64,000 nt of DNA, taken from the NCBI GenBank assembly GCA_049968235.1, contig JBMFRC010000001.1, forward strand, positions 352,001-416,000, in the 5' to 3' direction. The position numbers and the translations under genes are program-made. Of the stretch, positions 1-9,360 are shown piece by piece. The stretch is from Candidatus Hydrogenedens sp. GTDB lineage: Bacteria > Hydrogenedentota > Hydrogenedentia > Hydrogenedentales > Hydrogenedentaceae. Under the pieces are notes generated by a model. It was given only the letters and a program-made list of their open reading frames with translations, did no database searches and was not told the origin of the DNA. Numbering within the stretch: the stretch's first letter is position 1; each line of letters begins with the position of its first letter.

Positions 1-234
1 GGGTAATTTTTTTGACGGAGTATTTGTTCTAAATCTGTAGCAGGTGCGTAAACTCGTTCTGCCCAGATATGGGGGTGCGAATTTAATAATGAGTATAAAA
101 TTTGTAGTCCCAGATTCCCCAATCCTAATTCATATAAGTCAGGGAAAACCAGAGCGACCCGTAATTGAATTTCCTTTTTCGACTTGTGAATTGCATTCCA
201 TTCAGTTCCCAGATAACGAGAAGGATGTTCCACA
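1..234 (-). CDS. Radical SAM protein, TIGR03960-like N-terminus; partial, runs off the window start. Start is probably the GTG at 232-234, since no ATG is in frame.
   Basis: Minus-strand frame open from the TGA of the upstream gene (301-303) to position 1. It translates to ...LPYVEHPSRYLGTEWNAIHKSKKEIQLRVALVFPDLYELGLGNLGLQILYSLLNSHPHIWAERVYAPATDLEQILRQ. That matches the hallmark N-terminal PSRYxGGExN ... ALxFPDxYExGMSNLGxxILY motif of that radical-SAM family. Absent from the ORF track because its stop lies outside the window. Confidence 0.45.
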
Positions 235-300
235 TATGGAAGTATTTCATACTCGAAAACATTTTGATTTTCTGTTCGTTTTTTTATATTCATAATTACT

Positions 301-1608
301 TCATTTGGGGAATGATGGCAGGTAAGGGCTAACTTGTTGATTGGGTTTCGACCAGATAATTCTGCCTACAAGCACACACCCTTTTGCACCGCATTGTTTT
401 GCGTCTTTACTGAACATTCCCTCACCAACAGTTACCCAGGTCTCTTCCGGAGAAACTGCGGATACGCCAAAATTTCCCATAGTGGCACCGCGTTCAGGTA
501 AAACAATTTGTTCTGTCTTACGGATAACATATATTTGGTCATTATCTGTATTAACCTGAGCAATAAATAACGGAGCCCGATGTCGAATAATATGGTCATT
601 ATTAGCACCTTTCCTTGTGTAAACAAGGAATAATCCATCGCTATGCACTGCCCAATGTTGTTGTGTATTATAACTACCTAATTCAATTCCATCATCAAAT
701 AACCAGGGTTGTATTGGCTCATAATGTAGCCCATCATTACTCCATGTTACATATCCCCGTTCATCATTTCTAATAGTAAGATAATATTTCCCTTTATACT
801 TTGCCAGGGAGGGTTCACACATTCCCCGGGGGACTTCATGCGTAATAATATTTCCGTTTTTTAGATAGATAAGTTTTTCTCCATCAAATTTTATATGTAG
901 GACTGTTATGGAATAATTTTTGTTATTATCCTCTTTGTTTTTTGCGAAATAAATGGGCAGAAGAATGGTCCCATCAGGTTCGATTATCCATTGGGTACAA
1001 CCGGGCATAATGGAAAAAGCGTCTTTCAGGTCTCCACCCAAATCTAAGGTTTGCCATTTTGTCCATAAGTTTTTTTCGGGGTCGTAAATAGCATAAGCCC
1101 CTTCCAGACAGCCCTTATCCTCCCGGACTTGATGCCCATTATCGTCATATCGCAGGCGTATTCCGATAGCAATATATTTCTTTGTTTGTGGATGCCAGCC
1201 CGGGGTAACATCACAAACGCTTACTATATGTCCTCTTTCATCTTTTACCCAATCCAATTCCGGAACGGGTTGTGGTTCTGCCCATGTTTTTCCTCCGTCA
1301 TCCGTGTAAGAGAAAAACATACCGGAATAATAATCCGATACCATCAAATGCTTTTGCAAAGTCATTAACACTCGTGGATAGCCCTTAGAACTTATTACAG
1401 GTATTGTTGCTACACGCGGATGAAACCAGCAGAAATCATCTCCATCATAATTAAAAGCACATGACGGTTCTATTGCTCTTATAAGGTTTTCTTCCCCGGC
1501 ATAAGATAGTGAGGTAAAAAGAATGATGGATATAGAGAAGAAATGCAATTTAAAATAATGATTTTTCATAACTATTTCCTTTTTGAAAAATGTAACAGTA
1601 GCAAACAT
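301..1608 (-). CDS. Secreted BNR/Asp-box repeat protein (sialidase/neuraminidase-like beta-propeller glycosidase)
   Basis: N-terminal signal peptide (hydrophobic run, then SYAGEE). Asp-box motifs SYTDDGGKTW and WSNDGLHY (consensus S-x-D-x-G-x-T-W), typical of sialidase-like propellers. Confidence 0.6.
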   Translation of the reverse strand: MFATVTFFKKEIVMKNHYFKLHFFSISIILFTSLSYAGEENLIRAIEPSCAFNYDGDDFCWFHPRVATIPVISSKGYPRVLMTLQKHLMVSDYYSGMFFSYTDDGGKTWAEPQPVPELDWVKDERGHIVSVCDVTPGWHPQTKKYIAIGIRLRYDDNGHQVREDKGCLEGAYAIYDPEKNLWTKWQTLDLGGDLKDAFSIMPGCTQWIIEPDGTILLPIYFAKNKEDNNKNYSITVLHIKFDGEKLIYLKNGNIITHEVPRGMCEPSLAKYKGKYYLTIRNDERGYVTWSNDGLHYEPIQPWLFDDGIELGSYNTQQHWAVHSDGLFLVYTRKGANNDHIIRHRAPLFIAQVNTDNDQIYVIRKTEQIVLPERGATMGNFGVSAVSPEETWVTVGEGMFSKDAKQCGAKGCVLVGRIIWSKPNQQVSPYLPSFPK

Positions 1609-1890
1609 ATTATTTCGTATTTTGATGGCTATTTTAAAACAAAGGTACGCCGTTATGTGTCATAAAATGGGGAAAATGGATAAGGCAGAGGAAAGAATAG
1701 ACATTAGCAAGGCTACAGGTAATATTCGTTAAAGTATAAATATAACATCTTACCCCTGTGGAGTGAAATGCATCTTTTAGCCCACAATTATCTTACCCTC
1801 AGTGTTTGGTAGGAAAAGAGTTTCAAAAACCAGGTATTATTTTACTTAGAGGACATCCAAAAAACGCTCAGGAGGTATATGTTAGCAGTT

Positions 1891-2523
1891 TTACTTTATT
1901 CCCCTGCGTTTTAACTGTAAATATTTGTATTGCACCGCACATCCTAACAAGCCCAGTCCGAACCATGTGAGCATACTAACCATTCGGAAATAAGATGGTT
2001 CAAAATCGGTAGTGATAGAAAGGATACCTATCAGTTCCAGCAATCGTACCATAGCCCACACAATAATCAGCGAACCGATGGAGGATGTTGCAACAACAAT
2101 AACTATTTTTTCAATAAGAAAAGATAGAACACCTCCAAATATACCCGACATAAGTAAAATAATAGGATTATTCATCACAGGTAGCAAAATAATCCCAAAA
2201 GAAAATCCACCAATCATACCTAACAAAAATATTCCCGATTTGTAGAAAAGAATTGCTAAAAGGCTACCTATTATACCTAAAAGGAGTGAAAGAGCAATTG
2301 TTAGAGGGAAAAAATGCATCATATATCCTCCTAAAAATAGGAAGGAAGCAGAACTTAGTATGCCAAAACCCAGCAATCCGATAATCCAGTAAATCAGGCG
2401 ATAACCTGTAAAACACATCAGGAACCCCAAAACTATTATAAATAATATTGCAGACATATGTATAGGATAATTTAATATTTGTTGATAAATATCTACAGGT
2501 TTAATCAGACAAAAATAACTCAC
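1891..2523 (-). CDS. Polytopic membrane protein (hypothetical)
   Basis: 210-aa ORF with about six hydrophobic helices rich in G/I/L/F. No recognisable catalytic motif. Confidence 0.45.
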   Translation of the reverse strand: MSYFCLIKPVDIYQQILNYPIHMSAILFIIVLGFLMCFTGYRLIYWIIGLLGFGILSSASFLFLGGYMMHFFPLTIALSLLLGIIGSLLAILFYKSGIFLLGMIGGFSFGIILLPVMNNPIILLMSGIFGGVLSFLIEKIVIVVATSSIGSLIIVWAMVRLLELIGILSITTDFEPSYFRMVSMLTWFGLGLLGCAVQYKYLQLKRRGIK

Positions 2524-2535
2524 TTTTCCCTCAAA

Positions 2536-3621
2536 TCAAGTCGTGGTCTTCCTTTGTTTCTTGTATGAGAACCCGAGTAGTAGCAAAGTTAAGAGTAGAA
2601 TGGATATATCCCCTTTGTTTATCGATTCACTTCTCTGTTGAGAATCTATATTACAGGAAATAACATTTCGTAACCACGAACCTTGCCCTCCCATGTAAAT
2701 ATAGTATTTTTCCCCATATACCTCAATTACAAGTATTCCGGATACTTTATTAAAATCTCGAGGTGTAAATTTAACCTGAAATTTTACTATTCCCTGGGGT
2801 TCTACCAGAAATGTTCGTTCTCCGATAATCTGAAATTCAGGTTCTCCAATAATCCAGATGTAAAAGGGGATGTCTTCCGTGCCAATGTTCTGAACCGTAA
2901 ATTCGCTAACCACCGAATTTTTCAAGGATATACTACCGAAGTTCAGCATACTATTTACTGCGGGTGTAATTATTAGAGGGACATCTTTATCAATAGGCGG
3001 AATTTCAATTTCCCCTTCGTTAGGATTTTCTTGTGGAGTTACTGCATACTGAACAAACAAATCGAAATCTCCTTCCGCTAATAGGAACTCTTTGCGGTTC
3101 GAAATTAGGTCCCCATCAAGGTCTGCAGTTGCCCGTAGATATAATCCACCACTTAAATTATAATTTTTTAAATCAATATTAATTCCGACTTGACTAATAG
3201 CCCCTTGTACAAAGTACTGAATAGCCACAGGTTCTCCCATCGTAATAATTGCAGCACTGAAACGTTCAATCTCATCACAGGTAATACCATACAATTGCTG
3301 GATTGCTATACATTTACTACCCAATGTATTGTCCTTTTTTATCTGAACCCAATTAAAGTAATAAATGGAAAGCAGTAGGTCATGGTTAGGTACCGTCTCA
3401 TCTCTGAGAACACGGTCCAATAATCTCGCATGAGCACGGTCGGAAATGCCATTTTTATCCACATCGACCAGGTCAGGGTCGGTATCCGGGTCAAAGGCTT
3501 TGGTAATTTTTACAAAGGTATTCTCTGCTTCAATATCTAAAACATAGGCGGTCGAAGAAAAAAATAAAAATAAAGTAAAACCAAGAAAAATAATCGTTTT
3601 TTGTATATAAAAACTATTCAT
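2536..3621 (-). CDS. Secreted protein with a dockerin/EF-hand-like Ca-binding loop and a C-terminal membrane anchor (hypothetical)
   Basis: Signal peptide. D-rich PDTDPDLVDVDKNGISD loop (D-x-D-x-N-G-x-I-x-x-D). C-terminal ILLLTLLLLGF followed by a KKQRK basic tail. Confidence 0.45.
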   Translation of the reverse strand: MNSFYIQKTIIFLGFTLFLFFSSTAYVLDIEAENTFVKITKAFDPDTDPDLVDVDKNGISDRAHARLLDRVLRDETVPNHDLLLSIYYFNWVQIKKDNTLGSKCIAIQQLYGITCDEIERFSAAIITMGEPVAIQYFVQGAISQVGINIDLKNYNLSGGLYLRATADLDGDLISNRKEFLLAEGDFDLFVQYAVTPQENPNEGEIEIPPIDKDVPLIITPAVNSMLNFGSISLKNSVVSEFTVQNIGTEDIPFYIWIIGEPEFQIIGERTFLVEPQGIVKFQVKFTPRDFNKVSGILVIEVYGEKYYIYMGGQGSWLRNVISCNIDSQQRSESINKGDISILLLTLLLLGFSYKKQRKTTT

Positions 3622-3757
3622 ATTCCAATAATTAAGTTATCCGTTTTTTTATTAGACTGTATTTGCTGTAAAATAGATTTATAATATTTACATTTATTTA
3701 TTGAATATCGTTCCAATACTCTTAGTTTCATTATATTAAATTCACGAGGATAAAACA

Positions 3758-3979
3758 ATGAAGTATTTTAAAATCGCACAATTTGTTCCCGGAAAGGGCG
3801 ATGCCTGGACTTATTACGAATGTGATGATAAAGAAACGATACAACGACAATTAACATATATTCCCGAAACAGGTGAAATTTCAAAAGTACCTGACCCTAT
3901 TGTCAAAAGGCTATATCGTCCGGAATTATTAGAACCTTCAACCTCAGAAGAATTTATATCCCTCTGGGGGAAAGAATAA
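3758..3979 (+). CDS. Small hypothetical protein (73 aa)
   Basis: ATG preceded by AGGAT. 31 nt upstream of the PHP-domain gene on the same strand. Confidence 0.35.
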   Translation: MKYFKIAQFVPGKGDAWTYYECDDKETIQRQLTYIPETGEISKVPDPIVKRLYRPELLEPSTSEEFISLWGKE

Positions 3980-4010
3980 CTTATTAAAGATATGATACGG
4001 AGTATATGAA

Positions 4011-4877
4011 TTGAAAATTAGAAGTCCTTATTTAAATTCTGTAAATTCTATTTGGGTAAAAGGCAATTTACACACACATACAACCGTAAGTGATGGTTCT
4101 TTTAGTCCACAGGATACTATATCCCGATATGCATCCATGGGTTATCAATTTCTTATGTTCAGCGACCATGATTTAATTACTCCTATAAATGGGCTGGACA
4201 CAAAAGGAATGATAATCATTCCGGGAAATGAAATCACAAATGACGGACCTCACCTCCTTCATGTAAATGCGAAGAAGAAAGTTGAACCCTATCCAAACCG
4301 ACAGAAGGTCCTGGATGAAATTCAAAAAGATAGCAATTTTGCTATTATTTCTCATCCTAACTGGGAAGAAGATTTTAATCACTGTCCCCAGGAGTTGTTG
4401 GAGAAATGGGAACATTACACCGGTATCGAGATATACAACGGTATTGTCCGTCGCCTACCGGGTAACCCCTGTGCCACAGACCGCTGGGACTTACTCCTTT
4501 CTCGGGGAAAATTTGTCTGGGGATATGCCCATGATGATGCCCATTGGGAAGAAAATTTCGGCGTTGCATGGAATGTCGCACAGGTCGAAAGTTTAACATT
4601 AGAGAATGTTCTTAATGCCCTAAAAAATGGAAACTTCTATACCAGCACAGGAGTTGAGATAGAAAAAATCCATGTAAATTCAAATACAATATCCATAACC
4701 ACATCCAATGCTAAGAAAATCGCTGTTATCGTTGATTATGGACGGAGAGTTAAAGAGGTTTGTGGGAATTCCATTTGTTATGAAATTAGTGAGACATTTC
4801 CATATTCCTACATTCGTTTTGAATGTTGGGGAGAAGGTGAAGCCCAGGCATGGACACAGCCATTCCAGTTCGTATAG
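4011..4877 (+). CDS. PHP-domain metal-dependent phosphoesterase
   Basis: N-terminal NLHTHTTVSDGS motif (HxH...SDG) plus downstream His/Asp clusters (FSDHD, ISHPNWEED, YAHDDAHWEEN), typical of the PHP/histidinol-phosphatase fold. Confidence 0.65.
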   Translation: MKIRSPYLNSVNSIWVKGNLHTHTTVSDGSFSPQDTISRYASMGYQFLMFSDHDLITPINGLDTKGMIIIPGNEITNDGPHLLHVNAKKKVEPYPNRQKVLDEIQKDSNFAIISHPNWEEDFNHCPQELLEKWEHYTGIEIYNGIVRRLPGNPCATDRWDLLLSRGKFVWGYAHDDAHWEENFGVAWNVAQVESLTLENVLNALKNGNFYTSTGVEIEKIHVNSNTISITTSNAKKIAVIVDYGRRVKEVCGNSICYEISETFPYSYIRFECWGEGEAQAWTQPFQFV

Positions 4878-5066
4878 AGATGAAAAAATAAAGTATACTC
4901 AACATAAAGAAGGAATATATACAAAAATACAAACAAGATTGTTTCTATGAAATATCACAAATTTTTTTTTTCGACATCCAAAAGTTGTTTATTATATGAT
5001 TAAAAACCCGGTATATTAAAATCTGAAATAAAAATGACAAAAAAACATCTATGAAGGAGTTGTATC

Positions 5067-6635
5067 TTGATTGAGTATGTAACATTACATTGGATAGATT
5101 TAACGATCATTGGCGTTTATATGGTAGGTTGTTTTGCATTAGGCACCTATACCAGTCGGTATATTGAAAATGCAGGAGATTTCTTTATTTCAGGTAAATC
5201 CCTCCCTTTCTGGGCGATTGCATTTTCTATCGTTGTGAGTGACATCGGAGCCTTAGACTTTGTTGGAGTTGCCGGAAATGCTTATAGATACGGAGTATCT
5301 GCTGCTAATTTTGACTGGTTAGGGTCCATGCCTGCTATGGTATTTGCCGCATTTATATTTGTTCCTTACTTCTGGCGTTCAGGGGTATTTACCATTCCCG
5401 AATTTTTAGGAAGAAGATATAACTCAGCGGTTCAGGTAATTAATGCTCTTATCTGGACCTCTGTAATGTTATTGTCTCTGATGATAATGCTCTGGACAAC
5501 AGCGGATGACCTTGTCTATACCATTTTAGGATATAAACCTATATATACAGTTTGGGTTATGGCGGGTGTTACAGGTTTCTATACCTTTGCAGGAGGATTA
5601 TCCGCCGTGGTAATGACCGATGTAGTTCAGTTAATAGTAATGTATGTTGGGGGGTTAGGTTTGCTGGCATTAAGTTTATGGGAAGTCGGTGGATGGAGTG
5701 TTATGAGAGCCAAAATAGAGGCACTCGGTCCGGAATATGCAAATCATTTTACAATTCTTCTGCCAAACAGCATAGAAAATCCATTCCCATGGACAGGAAT
5801 TGTCTTCGGTCTGGGTATTGTTCTTGCCATCGCTTATATGAGTGGAAATCAGGCAATTGTTCACAGAACATTGGGCGCCCGTTCTGAATGGGATGCCAAA
5901 GCAGGGATGCTCATGGGAGGTTTTTTGAAGTCTTTTATTCCATTAATGGTAGCTCTGCCCGGACTCTGCGCTATTGTTTATCTGCATGAAAGAAACATTA
6001 TATTGCATGAACAGGATAAAGTTATTCCCACTATGATACGGATGATGCTACCACCAGGATTACGAGGACTTATGTTTGCAGCTCTTTTTGCTGCATTAAT
6101 GTCCAGTATCTCCGGCACTCTTAGTTCTGCTTCCACCATATTTGTTACAGATATTTTCAATAAGCTCTGGACATTAGGAAGAAAAAAATCATTAGACGAA
6201 AAACAGGCTTTATATGTGGGACGAGGTTTTACCTTGTTTCTTATCATAAGTAGTGCCATCTTTGCGGAACAAATATCACGAGTTGGTGGAATTTATAATT
6301 TTATCCAAACTATTTTGTCTCTATTTCAAGGTCCCTCTCTGGCTATTCTATTGCTTGGAATTATGTGGAAACGAGCCACCGGTTGGGGAGGTCTGGTAGG
6401 CTTAATATCCGGCGTCTTTTTCTGTTTTATTTTATGGTGTGTTCCCAACCTATTCCCTGCAGAAGACCCATTCTTATTTGTTTCCATGTGGTCTTTTGTC
6501 TTCTCAATCATTGTTACTGTAATAGTTAGTCTTCTAACCCCGCCCGAACCCGAAGAAAAGATTCGGGGTTTGGTCTGGGGGTCTGTTGTTCAGGATATAA
6601 AAGCACAAAAAGCCTTAGCGGAAAGGATTCAATAA
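5067..6635 (+). CDS. Sodium:solute symporter family (SSF) transporter
   Basis: 522 aa, 13-14 TM helices. N-terminal GAxDFFxxGxSLPFWAIAFSIVxSDIGA and GRRYNS motifs, characteristic of the SSF (SLC5-like) family. TTG start with a GAAGGAG SD 8 nt upstream. Confidence 0.8.
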   Translation: MIEYVTLHWIDLTIIGVYMVGCFALGTYTSRYIENAGDFFISGKSLPFWAIAFSIVVSDIGALDFVGVAGNAYRYGVSAANFDWLGSMPAMVFAAFIFVPYFWRSGVFTIPEFLGRRYNSAVQVINALIWTSVMLLSLMIMLWTTADDLVYTILGYKPIYTVWVMAGVTGFYTFAGGLSAVVMTDVVQLIVMYVGGLGLLALSLWEVGGWSVMRAKIEALGPEYANHFTILLPNSIENPFPWTGIVFGLGIVLAIAYMSGNQAIVHRTLGARSEWDAKAGMLMGGFLKSFIPLMVALPGLCAIVYLHERNIILHEQDKVIPTMIRMMLPPGLRGLMFAALFAALMSSISGTLSSASTIFVTDIFNKLWTLGRKKSLDEKQALYVGRGFTLFLIISSAIFAEQISRVGGIYNFIQTILSLFQGPSLAILLLGIMWKRATGWGGLVGLISGVFFCFILWCVPNLFPAEDPFLFVSMWSFVFSIIVTVIVSLLTPPEPEEKIRGLVWGSVVQDIKAQKALAERIQ

Positions 6636-7078
6636 TGAATATCTATACAAAAACTATTTTTTCTATACTCTTTGTTCCCATAATTTGCACTATGTTTTCC
6701 ATTAGCGCATTTACACAAACAAATGAAACTGCCTCTAAAGATGTGGATATTCCCAAAGCAGAGGTTTCTTACATATTTCATCTTGCAGATAAAGTAGTGG
6801 ACAGTTGGTTAGCGTTCCTAGACGGATTGGGCAGGACATTTGACCCTATCATAAGACCTATTTTCAGACCTATTACAACATTCTTAGAACGCACTTATCA
6901 GCCCTGGGCTAAAATATGTGCTCTGGGATTATTTGTTGGCACTATGCTCTGGGTATGGCTCGGAATGCCTAAAGAATATGTTAACCTGGGTAGAAAAAAG
7001 AAAACTGTGTGGACAGATCTAAGATTGTGGACAATCATTTCCATGCTTCCTCATATTATTGTATATCTATACTTCTAA
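6635..7078 (+). CDS. Small membrane protein translationally coupled to the SSF transporter
   Basis: TAATG stop/start overlap with the upstream transporter. N-terminal signal/TM segment and a C-terminal TM pair. Confidence 0.5.
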   Translation: MNIYTKTIFSILFVPIICTMFSISAFTQTNETASKDVDIPKAEVSYIFHLADKVVDSWLAFLDGLGRTFDPIIRPIFRPITTFLERTYQPWAKICALGLFVGTMLWVWLGMPKEYVNLGRKKKTVWTDLRLWTIISMLPHIIVYLYF

Positions 7079-7094
7079 CTTAGGAGATTTTCAT

Positions 7095-7388
7095 ATGGCA
7101 AACGAAGAAAAGAACATAAATACTCAGGACCGCGGCGAAATGCACCGCATTGATAATGAACGAAATCAAGGAGTGCAATTAGAACATAGAGATGCAGAAT
7201 TATATATTGTGATGGGGATTTTTGTAGTGGCTTTAGGTTTGCCTGTTATTTTAGGGACTTATTTCTCCATGCAAGCAAGTAATTACCGACCCGCAGTTGT
7301 GAATTTTATTTGCGGTGTTGTAATGACGGGTATTGGAATAGCATCAATCCTTTACGGCTGGGCTATGAAGAAAAGACTCTTGTCGTGA
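7095..7388 (+). CDS. Small two-TM membrane protein (hypothetical)
   Basis: ATG at 7095 preceded by a TAGGAG SD at 7081-7086. The tracker start at 7059 is probably too long. Two hydrophobic helices. Confidence 0.4.
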   Translation: MANEEKNINTQDRGEMHRIDNERNQGVQLEHRDAELYIVMGIFVVALGLPVILGTYFSMQASNYRPAVVNFICGVVMTGIGIASILYGWAMKKRLLS

Positions 7389-8011
7389 ACAACACAGTTC
7401 CTTCAGGATATATACCGCTTCGTTATACACAAAAAGAAGTTCCTTTACGACTGCCTGTCCCGCGATTTTATCGCTATCGAACACAGATTAGTAAATTATT
7501 TCTATCATTCTCAGGCAAAGTAGTCCCTCTACCCATACAAGAATTACCTAAGTATGAGTTAGTCGCCTGGCCTCTGTATATAGTCCGATTCTTTTTACAG
7601 TCTGGTACAGAGAAAACACAAGAAATATTTATCGCTGTAGATGCCTGGACAAGAACAATTGCACGATTTGAGCGTATAAAAGAGATACAAGACACTCCTA
7701 CCGCAGATTTTCAATTATGGATTAAACCTTCTATATCATTAGACGAAGTAAAATCTATCGCCCGGTACGGACTCATGCATCAGTTGCTACGCCAGCGAAG
7801 ATTACAACCTGCCCCTGAAACGGTTATACCCGAAATTATATTTTTAGTTTATACGCCTATATGGGCATGTTATTTTGCACGAACTCTACACTCCTTAGAT
7901 GTTCGACTTCTCGATGGTTATTCCGGTGAAAAAATAGGTTCCCAAACCCGAAGTGCCTTCTTAAATGCTCTGATACATCATCACTCTGAAAAATCAGGAA
8001 CTTCTTATTGA
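7385..8011 (+). CDS. Hypothetical protein; probable GTG start overlapping the upstream stop (GTGA)
   Basis: Open frame 7310-8011. The GTG at 7385 overlaps the TGA of the upstream gene, a classic coupling arrangement. No recognisable domain. Confidence 0.35.
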   Translation: MNNTVPSGYIPLRYTQKEVPLRLPVPRFYRYRTQISKLFLSFSGKVVPLPIQELPKYELVAWPLYIVRFFLQSGTEKTQEIFIAVDAWTRTIARFERIKEIQDTPTADFQLWIKPSISLDEVKSIARYGLMHQLLRQRRLQPAPETVIPEIIFLVYTPIWACYFARTLHSLDVRLLDGYSGEKIGSQTRSAFLNALIHHHSEKSGTSY

Positions 8012-8169
8012 AAACAACTATATACTTTGTATATACCTATTAAAAACTTTCACCTCGAACAATCGGAAATTATTTTAATATAAATTAGTGGAAACTTTTT
8101 ATATTTGTGCTAAAGTTAATATAACACCTAAAAAGTTTGCAGTAAATTTCCCCAGATAATGCAAATATT

Positions 8170-8415
8170 CTACATGGCCAGCAAGATATAAAACATTTCC
8201 TCCTCCCGGAAATGATTAAAATGAGCCGAATTCCCAAAAGCACCAAACTCATCCCACATTACAGGAAGTTCACTTGCAGATAATGATAATCTCGAAGGAT
8301 TATTAATATCTGTAATTAAAAATCGCTCAACACATTTTCTTAATCTCGGAACAGGACTTAAATCACCTAATTTCACGGCAAACCTATCTTTTATAGGAAG
8401 GGAATCGTCATACAT
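8170..8415 (-). CDS. Small hypothetical ORF downstream of the pilin-like pseudogene; possibly a remnant
   Basis: 81-aa ORF with no recognisable motif. The H-x9 spacing after NSAH is followed by FY rather than the DG of the DUF1559 C-terminus, so it may be a decayed 3' piece of the pilin-like gene. Confidence 0.2.
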   Translation of the reverse strand: MYDDSLPIKDRFAVKLGDLSPVPRLRKCVERFLITDINNPSRLSLSASELPVMWDEFGAFGNSAHFNHFREEEMFYILLAM

Positions 8416-8492
8416 CTTTACTACCTACTGTAACATTCCTATCCTCTCGGGCTTAAAATACTGAATAGCCTGAATCATAACCGCGCAAGGGT

Positions 8493-8981
8493 CTACTCCG
8501 AGAGGAAGTTACTTGTGTTTGATGGAAGAGGCACACCTGGTTTAATTAGCATATCAGGGTGTGGAGCCCATCCAAAATAATTGTAACTGCCTTTATCAAA
8601 TTGGCAGGGTAATATAGGTTTATTGAAATCATAATCTACATGAAATCTCGTACGAACAGATTCTGCATCAGAATCAGAAAGGAATACACAGATATTAAAA
8701 TCCGGCATATATTCTGGATACAATAGGGTAGGTTCAAAAATTGCATCGAAAACGAAATTGCCATGACAATCTAATAATTTTATGGGAGGATAATACTCTC
8801 CCTTTGCTTCATTCGCATACATTTCAAATATTACACCCATTTGTTTTAAATTATTCTGACATGACGAATGTCTTACCGTCTCTCTTGCTCTTGCTTATGC
8901 AGGCGATAATATTGTAGCAAGATTCCCTATAATCGCAATGACAACTAATAATTCAATCAGCGTAAATCCTTTCTTTTTCAT
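8493..8981 (-). pseudogene. Prepilin-type N-terminal cleavage/methylation-domain protein (planctomycete DUF1559-like pseudopilin), interrupted by an in-frame TAA at 8895-8897
   Basis: Minus-strand translation from ATG 8979-8981 gives [65 protein letters not shown]... This is the canonical T2SS/T4P-like leader plus the ARARE..[8 protein letters not shown](M/I)G motif. The stop falls exactly where the conserved Leu of ...PALARARE is expected (TTA to TAA). The frame is preserved on both sides. Confidence 0.6.
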
Positions 8982-8989
8982 TTTTAATC

Positions 8990-9360
8990 TCCTTTCCAAA
9001 TAAGGTTAAAATTTTATTTTTATCGATATGAGTTCTTTATATCACATGATATAACATAATAAATATTAATAACCAATAATGATTATTATAATAAATATAT
9101 TATATTATAACATGTTATTCAATGTTAATTTAATATATAATTTAAGTTATTATACAATAGTAGAAATTATAATAGAATATCAATATTTGTTATACTCATT
9201 ATTAATATTTACTATTATATCTCTATTTTACTAAAACGTTCTAACTATGCTATCGATTTATAGGAGTAATACAAGAATTACTCTTGAGACCTCTGAATAA
9301 AAAAATACGATAAATAGTATATGAAAAATTATATATAGGAAGGGTAAAAGGGAAAAGTAA
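8990..9360. repeat. Extremely AT-rich non-coding core packed with short palindromic A/T words
   Basis: About 370 bp of almost pure A/T (e.g. ataatgattattataataaatatattatattataa). No ORF. Lies between the pilin-like gene start and the 3' end of the GntR-ABC operon. Confidence 0.7.

Noticed and set aside
44-295. Plus-strand 83-aa ORF at the window start
   Set aside because: It is the antisense shadow of the minus-strand radical-SAM N-terminus, which has a clear conserved motif. No motif or RBS of its own.
8895-8897. Alternative genetic code (TAA as sense codon)
   Set aside because: TAA is used as the terminal stop of many clearly complete housekeeping genes in the same window (rpmJ, rplN, cysK, lptB), so stop-codon reassignment is not supported.
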